From the NCBI GenBank assembly GCA_965372795.1, contig CBDVDR010000007.1, positions 1 to 64,000 on the forward strand: a stretch of 64,000 bases of DNA, written 5' to 3'. Below, piece after piece: positions 10,306-19,524 of the stretch. This stretch comes from an uncultured bacterium (GTDB lineage Bacteria > Zixibacteria > MSB-5A5 > GN15 > FEB-12). The notes below the pieces were generated by a model. The model was given only the letters and a program-made list of their open reading frames with translations. It had not been told where the DNA came from and did not search any database. Made by a program: the position numbers and the translations under genes. The number at the start of each line of letters is the position of its first letter. The first letter of the stretch is position 1.

Positions 10306-11952
10306 TTAAATAGGGCAAACTAATTGGCCTAATCGTTTAGTAAGTTTTATATTTTCGGTATAGTCAACCGGACAATCAATTACAACCGGTTTATTTTGCT
10401 TAAATGCTTTTTTTAATACGGCCTGCAAATCATCACCTTTGTTGACTTTAATGCCGACGGCTCCATACGAGCGGGCAAGTTTTACCCAGTCGGGATTGTT
10501 AAAACGAGTCCCAAAAGCATGACCGTATTTATTTTTCTGTTTCCATTCAATCAATCCAAAGGTTCCATCCGTCCAGACAATATTAACGGTTGGAGTCCCC
10601 AGTCTAACTGCTGTTTCAAGTTCCTGAATATTCATCAAAAACCCGCCGTCACCGGAGATAGTAACAACCCGTTTATCCGGATTAACCAGTTTAGCCGCTA
10701 TTCCGCCGGGTAATGCAATTCCCATTGAGGCAAATCCGTTAGAAATTAAACAGGTGTTCGGTTCATGAACGATATACATCCGCGCCACCCACATTTTGTG
10801 GGCTCCGACATCACTGATTAAAATATCTTCGTCATTGAGTACGGCTCGAATATCATGTAGAATTTTTTGCGGTTTATAGGGAAAGGCTTTGCTGTTGTCG
10901 TACTCATGGATATCTTTTAAAATCTGCCGGCGATGTTTCTGGGCATACTTCCCTCTGCCTTTGGGGAAGGAATCAACAATTTTTTCATTTATTTCCCAGA
11001 GAGTGGATGCGATATCGCCGATGACTTCGACTTCGGGATCATACCAATGGTCGACCTCGGCCGGTTCAAAATCAATATGGATAATTTTCTTATCTCCATT
11101 CGGGTTCCAAAACTCCGGTGAGTACTCGACAATATCATATCCGACACAAATTATCAGATCCGATTCTTCAAGGGCACAGGTAACATGATCGCGCGATTGG
11201 AGACCGATAGTAAAGAGATTGTTTTCATATTTATGCCCGGCAGCACCTTTTGACATAAAAGTATTACAAACGGCAATATCTGTTTTTTCAAGAAAAATCC
11301 GGAGCTGTTTGGTTGCCCGTTTTCTGATTGAACCGTTGCCGGCAAGTATTAATGGTTTTTTAGCTTTTAAAATTAATTCTACTGCTGCTTTGATAGCTTT
11401 ATAATCCGGAGCCGGACGACGGATTTTTCTTCTTTCAAAAAATTCCGGTCGTTGACAATCTTCATCGGCAACATTTTCCGGAAACTCCAAATGAGTGGCT
11501 CCCGGTTTTTCAGCTTCGGCAAGTTTAAAAGATTTGCGTACCGCCTCGGTAATCATATCGGGGCGACCAATCCGGGTATTCCATTTTGTGATCGGTTTGA
11601 ACATCGACACAATATCAATATATTGATGCGACTCTTTGTGCATCCGGAGCGTATCTGCCTGTCCGGTGATGGCAACCAACGGCGCGCGGTCAAGATTAGC
11701 ATCAGCAACCGGCGTTATAAGATTGGTTGCTCCGGGACCAAGCGTTGCCAGACAGACTCCCGCCCTACCGGTTAACCTTCCGTAGATATCAGCCATAAAC
11801 CCCGCCCCTTGTTCGTGGCGGGTTAAAATAAATTTTATATCTGATTTACGGAGAGCTTCAAGAAAATCAATATTTTCTTCACCGGGGATTCCAAAAATAT
11901 ATTCGACCCCTTCTTTTTCAAGGGCTTTAACAAATACCTGTGAAGCTTTCAT
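10306..11952 (-). CDS. ThDP enzyme of the acetolactate-synthase-like family (candidate 2-oxoglutarate decarboxylase)
   Basis: FGIPGEEN, RHEQGAGFMA, TLGPGATN, ESHQY, and the ThDP motif GDGGFLMN. No small regulatory subunit adjacent. Confidence 0.88.
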   Translation of the reverse strand: MKASQVFVKALEKEGVEYIFGIPGEENIDFLEALRKSDIKFILTRHEQGAGFMADIYGRLTGRAGVCLATLGPGATNLITPVADANLDRAPLVAITGQADTLRMHKESHQYIDIVSMFKPITKWNTRIGRPDMITEAVRKSFKLAEAEKPGATHLEFPENVADEDCQRPEFFERRKIRRPAPDYKAIKAAVELILKAKKPLILAGNGSIRKRATKQLRIFLEKTDIAVCNTFMSKGAAGHKYENNLFTIGLQSRDHVTCALEESDLIICVGYDIVEYSPEFWNPNGDKKIIHIDFEPAEVDHWYDPEVEVIGDIASTLWEINEKIVDSFPKGRGKYAQKHRRQILKDIHEYDNSKAFPYKPQKILHDIRAVLNDEDILISDVGAHKMWVARMYIVHEPNTCLISNGFASMGIALPGGIAAKLVNPDKRVVTISGDGGFLMNIQELETAVRLGTPTVNIVWTDGTFGLIEWKQKNKYGHAFGTRFNNPDWVKLARSYGAVGIKVNKGDDLQAVLKKAFKQNKPVVIDCPVDYTENIKLTKRLGQLVCPI

Positions 11953-12273
11953 ATTTTTCTTTCTGTTTAATAATAGACAATTTTATAAAGTCCCTCATTA
12001 ATTAGCAATAATAAATTAACCAATTTAAACCATAAAATGTTCATAATTAGATAGAATTTATTCACTATCATAGCTTAATAAGAAAATAAAATATACTATT
12101 TCAATATATTTTATTTGAGGGAAACCCCAAACAATAATGGGACAATTCCCATACTTTTTAGATATTGAAATTAAAGATCTTCATGGAAACTGCTCATTTA
12201 TTTTTTCGGTTTTTTAACTGGCTGTACTACAACCTCTTACTTCGACTATTAAATTTTCAATTTTTGTTAGATT

Positions 12274-12290
12274 TTGGCATAGTTTCTGTA
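12274..12290 (+). promoter_or_regulatory. Putative sigma54 -24/-12 promoter for the pilin operon
   Basis: TTGGCAT-agttt-CTGTA (GG-N10-GT); IHF-like tacaacctcttac at 12228-12240. Confidence 0.5.
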
Positions 12291-12323
12291 AACAAAAGCG
12301 GTAGAGAAAGAACTAATTAATAA

Positions 12324-12704
12324 ATGGTGATGATAATGAAGAAGATGAAAAAGAACGAAAATGGTTTTACATTATTAGAAGTCATGGTAGCGATGATAAT
12401 TATCACGGTATCATTATTACTTCTTTTAAATATGTCAATGGTTGCTCTTGACGGTAACGATTGGGCGAACAAAACCACAATCGCAACACAGGCTATTCAA
12501 CAGAAGATGGAAGAACTTCGCAGTACCCCAAACAATCTCACACCCGGCAATGATAGTTTATCAGGCGGTTTAATCAGACAGTGGGATGTTGTAAAAGAGG
12601 GAAAATTTCTCCAAAAAGTTGAAGTGGTTGTTGCCTGGGCAGATATCAAAAATAAAAGGCATGCCGATACTATGACAGCCTTTATAAGAACAGATTCATT
12701 ATAG
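12324..12704 (+). CDS. Type IV minor pilin (PilV-like)
   Basis: Prepilin cleavage motif G|FTLLEVMVAMII. Confidence 0.85.
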   Translation: MVMIMKKMKKNENGFTLLEVMVAMIIITVSLLLLLNMSMVALDGNDWANKTTIATQAIQQKMEELRSTPNNLTPGNDSLSGGLIRQWDVVKEGKFLQKVEVVVAWADIKNKRHADTMTAFIRTDSL

Positions 12705-12711
12705 GTGTAAT

Positions 12712-13527
12712 ATGAAAAAGTTATTTAGAAAATTAAAATGTAATCGGGGTTTCTCATTCCTTGAAGTTCTTATAGCCCTTGGAATGATGGGTATTGTCAC
12801 AACAGCAGTTTTTAAAATCTATATCAACCAGCACAAAAATTATCTCATCCAGGATGATGTCACCAATATCCAACAGAACGCCCGGGCTTCAATTGATGAA
12901 ATTGCCCGAAATGTCCGTATGGCAGGATATGATTTACCGGATGGGTTAGATGCAATTACTGCCTCAAATACAAATCCGGACACTATAACACTGAATTATC
13001 GAATTGATAACTGTGATACATACTTATCTTCTCCTATGCCACAGCCGTCGGCTGAGTTAAAATGCGCTACAGATGTATCCTGTTTTACAGAAGGTGATTA
13101 TGTTTATATTTATGAACCAGATTCGGGTGGTGGCGAATGGTTTGAAATTACTGCAGTTCAAGAAGCGGCCCTACATATTCAACATAATACAATGTCACTA
13201 TCGAAAACATATGGTGCCGATGCCCTTGTTCTTTCTATGCATCAGGCAAAATTCTATCTGGATATGACAACCGACCCCGATCATCCGACTTTGATGGTAA
13301 AGTTTCAAGGCGAAGATGCCCAAATCTATGCTGAAAATATTGACGATTTACAATTTCAATATGTAATGAAAAACGGGGCAACCCTTGATGTGCCAACGCT
13401 GGTAGATAATATACGAGAAATTTTGATAACGGTGCGCGGACGATCTGATATTCCAGATGTTGACAGCCAGGAATACCGTAATAGAACTTTTTCAACATCG
13501 GTTAATGTTAGAAATCTGGGAAGTTAA
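12712..13527 (+). CDS. Type IV minor pilin (PilW-like)
   Basis: G|FSFLEVLIALG, QQNARASIDEIARNVRMAGY, AENIDDLQFQY. Confidence 0.85.
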   Translation: MKKLFRKLKCNRGFSFLEVLIALGMMGIVTTAVFKIYINQHKNYLIQDDVTNIQQNARASIDEIARNVRMAGYDLPDGLDAITASNTNPDTITLNYRIDNCDTYLSSPMPQPSAELKCATDVSCFTEGDYVYIYEPDSGGGEWFEITAVQEAALHIQHNTMSLSKTYGADALVLSMHQAKFYLDMTTDPDHPTLMVKFQGEDAQIYAENIDDLQFQYVMKNGATLDVPTLVDNIREILITVRGRSDIPDVDSQEYRNRTFSTSVNVRNLGS

Positions 13528-13536
13528 GATAAAGGT

Positions 13537-15180
13537 ATGATTATGAATATGAGATTATTGAATTCAGAAAAGGGTATTGCTTCCATGATTGCCTTAATCA
13601 TGGTTGGAATGTTGACCCTTATCGGTTTGGCAGCGATGTCAACTTCCGATGATGAAATTACCATTGCAGGAAATGAATTACAGGAGATGCGTGCTTTCTA
13701 TGCTGCCGAAGGTGGTTTGGATAAAGCAGCTTCAGTAATTCAATTCGAATTTGACAGTACCGGCTTAGCTCCTGTTGCTATGCCTTCCGGGACAGAATCT
13801 CTCAATGGCTGTGATGTTGTTTATCAAGCCGTCGATATTGATAGTATGGGTGCCCGGCAAACGGCTCTTTCAACCGGAACCTTATCTGGACTTAACGCAA
13901 GCGTCAGAGCCTTTGCATTATCAGCTATCGCTGTTAACAGTATCGATAAAGCAAAAGTTGAGTTGTCAGTTAATTTTGAAGCCGCTTTGGTTCCGATATT
14001 TCAATTTGCAGTTTTCTATGATGAGGATTTGGAAATTGCTCCCGGTCCGTTTATGAATTTGTTAGGCAGAGTACATACCAACAAAAATTTGTATCTGCAA
14101 GCAGCCAATACTCTTGAAATGGAAAGTTATGTTACAGCGGCTGGAAATGTTTATCATGGCAGAAAAGGTCCTGGTGGAGTCAACACCGCTGATGTTTTGA
14201 TAAAAGATCCTACAGGAGCATATCAAAATATGAATAACGGGTCCGATTGGCTTGATGCCGACGATGGCTACTGGTATGATTCATCGGTTGCCCGCTGGGG
14301 TGGCAGAGTGCAGGATTCGACTCATGGACAGGAAGCTTTATCGGTTCCTTTAGAGGGTGCCAGTGATGACCCGCACCGTTTAATAGAAGATAATGCAACT
14401 GGTAACATTGATTCTTATGAAGATCGCGCTACTTTAAAATTTATCGATAGTAAAGCCTACCAATGGAATGGCAGTATGTGGGTTAATGTTACACTGGATA
14501 TGATTGGTAAAGGTATCATTACATATTCAAATAACCAGTTCTATGATGCCCGTGAAGATGAAGATGTTGATGTTATGGATCTTGATATAAAAGCAATGTA
14601 TGATTCCGGTTATGCTCCTTCAAACGGAGTTATATATTATTCTGAGAAAAAACTTCCAAGTAACTGGCCGGCTTTAAGAATAAATAATGCTGCTGAACTT
14701 GGTGATGCCTTGACAATTGCCAGTGAAAATCCAATTTATACAATGGGTGATTATAATTCAGTAAACAAAAAGCCCTCAGCTATTATGGGTGATGCCATTT
14801 CATTTTTATCTTCAAATTGGGATGATACCCTTGGAGCCAACCCCAAAGCAGACCGGCAGGCAGTCGAAACAACAGTTAATGCAGCAATAATGACCGGTAA
14901 TATCGAGACAACTGCCTCTGATTATAACGGGGGTTATGAAAACCTTCCAAGATTTCTTGAAGTTTGGTCTGGCAGAAATTTTAACTGGACTGGTTCTATG
15001 ATCTGTTTGTGGGAATCGGTTCAAGCTAATGCCAACTGGAATGGAACGTATTACTCGCCTCCAAATCGAATGTGGCAATATGACACAGATTTTGATAATC
15101 CGGCAAACATGCCGCCGGAGACACCAAACGTTCGAGTTTTCCAGCGAACCGGTTGGAAACAAAATTTCGTGGGTCAATAA
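13537..15180 (+). CDS. PilX-like pilin with large C-terminal domain
   Basis: KG|IASMIALIMV without E5; PilX_N-like IAGN...RAFYAAEGG; GGYENLPRFLE.W C-terminal domain. Confidence 0.8.
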   Translation: MIMNMRLLNSEKGIASMIALIMVGMLTLIGLAAMSTSDDEITIAGNELQEMRAFYAAEGGLDKAASVIQFEFDSTGLAPVAMPSGTESLNGCDVVYQAVDIDSMGARQTALSTGTLSGLNASVRAFALSAIAVNSIDKAKVELSVNFEAALVPIFQFAVFYDEDLEIAPGPFMNLLGRVHTNKNLYLQAANTLEMESYVTAAGNVYHGRKGPGGVNTADVLIKDPTGAYQNMNNGSDWLDADDGYWYDSSVARWGGRVQDSTHGQEALSVPLEGASDDPHRLIEDNATGNIDSYEDRATLKFIDSKAYQWNGSMWVNVTLDMIGKGIITYSNNQFYDAREDEDVDVMDLDIKAMYDSGYAPSNGVIYYSEKKLPSNWPALRINNAAELGDALTIASENPIYTMGDYNSVNKKPSAIMGDAISFLSSNWDDTLGANPKADRQAVETTVNAAIMTGNIETTASDYNGGYENLPRFLEVWSGRNFNWTGSMICLWESVQANANWNGTYYSPPNRMWQYDTDFDNPANMPPETPNVRVFQRTGWKQNFVGQ

Positions 15181-15186
15181 GATTTT

Positions 15187-15217
15187 AAAAAACCGCCTCA
15201 ATGAGGCGGTTTTTTTT
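15187..15217. terminator. Bidirectional intrinsic terminator
   Basis: aaaaaa-ccgcctca-a-tgaggcgg-tttttttt between convergent genes. Confidence 0.85.
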
Positions 15218-17636
15218 ATTCTATAAGTATATCAAATGGCATTCGGGTTAAAAATATTTCGTTTGACCCGGCTTGAGAATATCCCAACACCTGTCCAACT
15301 GATTGAGATTTGTCTGAACTGAATAAAGTAGCTGCCATATTTATAAATCTTTGTCCCGGAAAACTAAAAAGAGTTCGTCTTTTAGGATAGATTTCAATTC
15401 GATAATCATCTGCATCAATTAACTTAGCCGCATGTTCAATCGCCTGATTGATTCCACCGAGTTCATCAACTAAACCGTTTGATAAAGCTTCATTCCCTGT
15501 CCATACCTGCCCCTGTCCCAATTGGTCAATCGAATCAACCGGTAATTTACGGTTATCAGAAATAAGTTTTACGAAATGATCATAGAAAGCTTTCATATGG
15601 GAAAAATATTTGTCCCGTTCATCATCATTAAAAGGACGAACCGAACTTAGCATCCCGGCATATTTCCCCCGAGTATATAATTCTTTGTTTAATTCTATTT
15701 TCTCATATAACCCGCTTAGATCCAGCTTGCCTCCGAATATTCCTATCGAACCGGTAATTGTAGCTCGGTTTGAAAATATTTTCTGGCCAGTCATAGCAAT
15801 ATGATATCCGCCAGATGCGGCAACATTTCCCATTGAAATTATCAATGGTTTCTTTTTGGAAATTTTGTCTGCCACATGATAAATTTCCTCAGCGGCTGTG
15901 GCAAATCCTCCCGGAGAGTTAATCCGAAATACTATCGCATCAACATCGGGGTTTTTAAGCGCCTGTTTAAAAGCACTTTTCATACTGGATGGAGAAATCC
16001 CTGAGCTTCCGCCAAACGGCATACCTGACTGATGGTTATCTTTTATCTCACCAGTCGCAGCAATCACAGCGATTACAGGCACAGAATTCCAATTATCATT
16101 TATTAACGTATCCACAAGATATTTATTAAAAGATATTTCCGGCATCGGTTGAAGAAATCCGTCATTCAATTCATCTGCATAAACCGTATCTTCCACTAGC
16201 CCATATTTTAAGGCTTCATAAGATGTATACGGACCGTTATCAATTATGGTTCTAACAGAATCAGTTGATAAATTTCTTCCTTTTGCTATACCGACAACAA
16301 ACTGATCAAACAAATCATCAAGCAGTCGATTGATCTGATTTTTATTTTCCTCCGATGAACTTTCATTGGTAAATGATTCTGCGGCGGATTTATATTTGCC
16401 AATTCTCATCAAATCAGCTTTGATACCCAATTTCTCAAGGGTGCCGGCGTAGAAAGAGAGCTCAGCCCGAAGTCCAACCAAATTAAGCTGGCTTATTGGT
16501 GGGACAATAATTTTATCAGCAGCCGAGGCTGCATAGTAGGAAAGATTATCAGGATTTTCTAAATAACAAAAGAGTTTTTTTTTTCGACTTTTGAAATAAT
16601 CAAAAGCTTCTCTTAATTCCTGTGCCTGTCCAAATCCAAATCCTGGAGATTTAAATTTAATCATTAGTTCTTCGATTGAAGGATCATCAGCCGCGCTATA
16701 AATATTTGTTGTCAGTTCTGTAAATGAAATGGGCTTTTTAGAAAAATATGGATGGGGCGGGTTTTCTGATACTGTACCGGAGATTTTCAGGTTTAACCTT
16801 CGACCGGGTTCGGACACAACCGAGGGCTGCTTTAAACTTGTATTTCCTATATAAACAGTTGTCCCTCTTCCATCACCATTTTTATTAAAACTGGATTTAT
16901 TTCCGGTAAAGTATTTTAACAGGTTTACCCGCGCTCCGATTTCAAAATCATTATCGGAGTTTATATAACCATTGACATAGATTCCGGCTTTCGGATTAAA
17001 TTCAACATGATAGATATAATCGGCATTACTGAGTCGGGTTTTGGTTGATAAAAACATATCAACTGATAAAGTTATTTTTTCTTTTAAAGGTCGATAAGAG
17101 AGAGAATATCTTTGCTCCGTTTCAGTTCTTTCCCCATTGACTCTGCCTCGATTGAGATTTGAAAAAACAGCTCCCCAGTTAAATTTCCCTTTAGTATTAC
17201 CCATGAAACTTATTGTCCAAAAATGCCGGTTATTATAAATCCCCGGGCCCTCTTTGAAATATCGATACGATACCCCCGTATAAATTCTTTGGCCTAATTC
17301 AGAGCCGCCGCCAAAAATATATTCCTGATAGTTTTCTCCGTCGGGGTTATAAAGTTTCCGATAAGCAATTGCAAATCGTTCGCTGCCACTAACGGTACCC
17401 CAGCTTTTAGAAAATTGACCATCTAAGTAATCAAACATAACTTGATAGCTTTGGGCTCGATATTTCCCCAGCCCGGCAGGATTGACCCAGATTGCCTCAC
17501 TTCCAAAAACAGCTCCAGCAGGTTGATAATAGAATACTCCATCGGGAATTGCCAATCGAACAGCTTTTGCAGGAATAGATAAAATAATGATTGAAATGAG
17601 AAGAAAAGAAATAGACCGTAGAAATTTATAAATCAT
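15216..17636 (-). CDS. sppA: Signal peptide peptidase SppA (S49, two domains) with extra N-terminal beta-rich domain
   Basis: GKYKSAAE, RINSPGG, SMGNVAASGGY, TITGSIGI, QGQVWTG..A...GLVD; about 270-aa N-terminal extension. Confidence 0.9.
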   Translation of the reverse strand: MIYKFLRSISFLLISIIILSIPAKAVRLAIPDGVFYYQPAGAVFGSEAIWVNPAGLGKYRAQSYQVMFDYLDGQFSKSWGTVSGSERFAIAYRKLYNPDGENYQEYIFGGGSELGQRIYTGVSYRYFKEGPGIYNNRHFWTISFMGNTKGKFNWGAVFSNLNRGRVNGERTETEQRYSLSYRPLKEKITLSVDMFLSTKTRLSNADYIYHVEFNPKAGIYVNGYINSDNDFEIGARVNLLKYFTGNKSSFNKNGDGRGTTVYIGNTSLKQPSVVSEPGRRLNLKISGTVSENPPHPYFSKKPISFTELTTNIYSAADDPSIEELMIKFKSPGFGFGQAQELREAFDYFKSRKKKLFCYLENPDNLSYYAASAADKIIVPPISQLNLVGLRAELSFYAGTLEKLGIKADLMRIGKYKSAAESFTNESSSEENKNQINRLLDDLFDQFVVGIAKGRNLSTDSVRTIIDNGPYTSYEALKYGLVEDTVYADELNDGFLQPMPEISFNKYLVDTLINDNWNSVPVIAVIAATGEIKDNHQSGMPFGGSSGISPSSMKSAFKQALKNPDVDAIVFRINSPGGFATAAEEIYHVADKISKKKPLIISMGNVAASGGYHIAMTGQKIFSNRATITGSIGIFGGKLDLSGLYEKIELNKELYTRGKYAGMLSSVRPFNDDERDKYFSHMKAFYDHFVKLISDNRKLPVDSIDQLGQGQVWTGNEALSNGLVDELGGINQAIEHAAKLIDADDYRIEIYPKRRTLFSFPGQRFINMAATLFSSDKSQSVGQVLGYSQAGSNEIFLTRMPFDILIE

Positions 17637-18678
17637 CTTTATCCACTCCGGTTATAAAAATATTTCCCTCGCCCCGAATCGAGCTTTTTATTTTAGCTTT
17701 TCCTTCTCCCGAGGTAAAGCTTAAGCGATTGGTTTCAACCAGATTCGGTTTCATATTAAAATGAGCCGATTCTATTCTACCATTTTCTTCAACCGACAAC
17801 GAGAAATCGGCATCAATATTTTCAGGAACCATTATTTCAATATCCTCAAAACGATTAAGGATTACAAGTCGACCATCTTTCATTTCCGATATTGATATCA
17901 TAACCGGACCGGAGAAACTCCGGATATAATTTCTCCCGCCTGTGTCATAAAATTTTTCCACTTCAATTCTGCCATAGTTGTTTTTAATATTAAAGCTTCC
18001 GGTAATATTTTCGATAGTTATATCTCCCCCATCATTTTTGAATGTAGCCTGATCATCAAGACTTTTGATATCAATCGCATCCAATCTTGAGTTTCGGGTA
18101 CTAACCGAAATTTCTCCGGTTGCTTTCTCAAGGGTTATGCGCTGATTTGAAGTAGCTAATTCTGTTACACCGTTAACATCAAAAACATTGATTCTACCTA
18201 ATGAAGAAGGAATGACCATCCCGGTGAATGGACCCGTTGCGTCAATATCAAAATAAGGGGCTTCAACTTCGACAAATGTGCTTTCCGGCAGCGTAACATC
18301 AAGATTTACAATAATTGATTCATTAGATTGATTCCAGGGAGCCGGGTTCGGAGCTTTAATTATTATTATTATTCCTTCATGCGATTTGTCTAATACAACA
18401 GAAACCAGATCGAGATAGTCGTAGGCATTTGATCGTTTTTTTGTTTTAGCTTTTTTAACATAGCTGACTTCAATCATTGAATCAGTGGTCGAAACGATTT
18501 CAATTTTACCGACAATTCCGGAACTGGCATAAAATTTTAAATACTTTTTCCCGCTCATCGCAGTGGACATTTTTAAATCTTCGGTAGAATAAAGATTCTC
18601 GCCTTCTTTAAATATATCCTGAGTCATCCCGGAACTGGAAAGAAATAAGAAAATTAGAATTAATGATAAAATTCTCAT
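17626..18678 (-). CDS. Secreted DUF4097-like beta-strand repeat protein
   Basis: Signal peptide and repeated G.I.I....G...I beta-strand pattern. Confidence 0.6.
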   Translation of the reverse strand: MRILSLILIFLFLSSSGMTQDIFKEGENLYSTEDLKMSTAMSGKKYLKFYASSGIVGKIEIVSTTDSMIEVSYVKKAKTKKRSNAYDYLDLVSVVLDKSHEGIIIIIKAPNPAPWNQSNESIIVNLDVTLPESTFVEVEAPYFDIDATGPFTGMVIPSSLGRINVFDVNGVTELATSNQRITLEKATGEISVSTRNSRLDAIDIKSLDDQATFKNDGGDITIENITGSFNIKNNYGRIEVEKFYDTGGRNYIRSFSGPVMISISEMKDGRLVILNRFEDIEIMVPENIDADFSLSVEENGRIESAHFNMKPNLVETNRLSFTSGEGKAKIKSSIRGEGNIFITGVDKDDL

Positions 18679-18687
18679 AATATCCTC

Positions 18688-19464
18688 TTATCTACCAAAT
18701 AATTTGTTCATCAAAATTGACCCGGCAACTGCCGCATTTAAAGACTCAACTTTTCTACTATGATCAATTCTTGAATTTATAACAGCTTTTTTTAGAACTA
18801 TTTCTGATAATCCTTCACTTTCAGAACCGATTGCCAGCATGAATTTCCCTTTTTTAACATGGGTTGGCATTTTCCCTGGCTTTCCTCTAACATCTGCTGC
18901 AATTAATACTATTTTTTCATACGCAACAAATCCCAGGATTTCCTCAATCTCCGATTCAGCAACAGTTAATGAAAATACACCTCCGGCCGATGAACGCACT
19001 GTTTTGGGCGAATAAGCATCAGCACAATCACCAACGAGAACAACCAGATCAAACTCAAATGCCGCAGCTGACCGAATCAGAGTACCAAGGTTGCCGGGAT
19101 CGGAAATATTCTCACATAATAGTAATTTACGATGTTTGGGCCAGTAAAGTTCATTAAGAATTTTCTGGGGATGCTTATAAATCCCAAGAATTCCCTGTGG
19201 GGTTTTTGTGTCGGAAATAGATTGAAAATTAGCTGATGAGATAGAATTAAGGGTTGTTTTGGTCCTTTTGAATCCCTCAATTACTTTTTTTCCTCTTTCA
19301 GACAACAAACTTTCCGAATAAAAGATAGTTTCAGGATAAAATTTTTGTCTCAGCGACTCTTCAACCAGTCTGACTCCCTCAGCACTGAATTTTCGGGATA
19401 ATTTTCTCCCCTTTTTTGATTGAAGAGATTTTATAAATTTAATTTCCTTGTTTGCAATAGACAT
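18688..19464 (-). CDS. TrmH/SpoU family RNA methyltransferase
   Basis: DPGNLGTLIRSAAAF, GSESEGL, VESLNAAVAGSI. Confidence 0.93.
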   Translation of the reverse strand: MSIANKEIKFIKSLQSKKGRKLSRKFSAEGVRLVEESLRQKFYPETIFYSESLLSERGKKVIEGFKRTKTTLNSISSANFQSISDTKTPQGILGIYKHPQKILNELYWPKHRKLLLCENISDPGNLGTLIRSAAAFEFDLVVLVGDCADAYSPKTVRSSAGGVFSLTVAESEIEEILGFVAYEKIVLIAADVRGKPGKMPTHVKKGKFMLAIGSESEGLSEIVLKKAVINSRIDHSRKVESLNAAVAGSILMNKLFGR

Positions 19465-19524
19465 CTTTAATTACCTTGTATAAATCAATGTCTTAATGAA
19501 CTTATTATAGGAACCAATTGGCAA

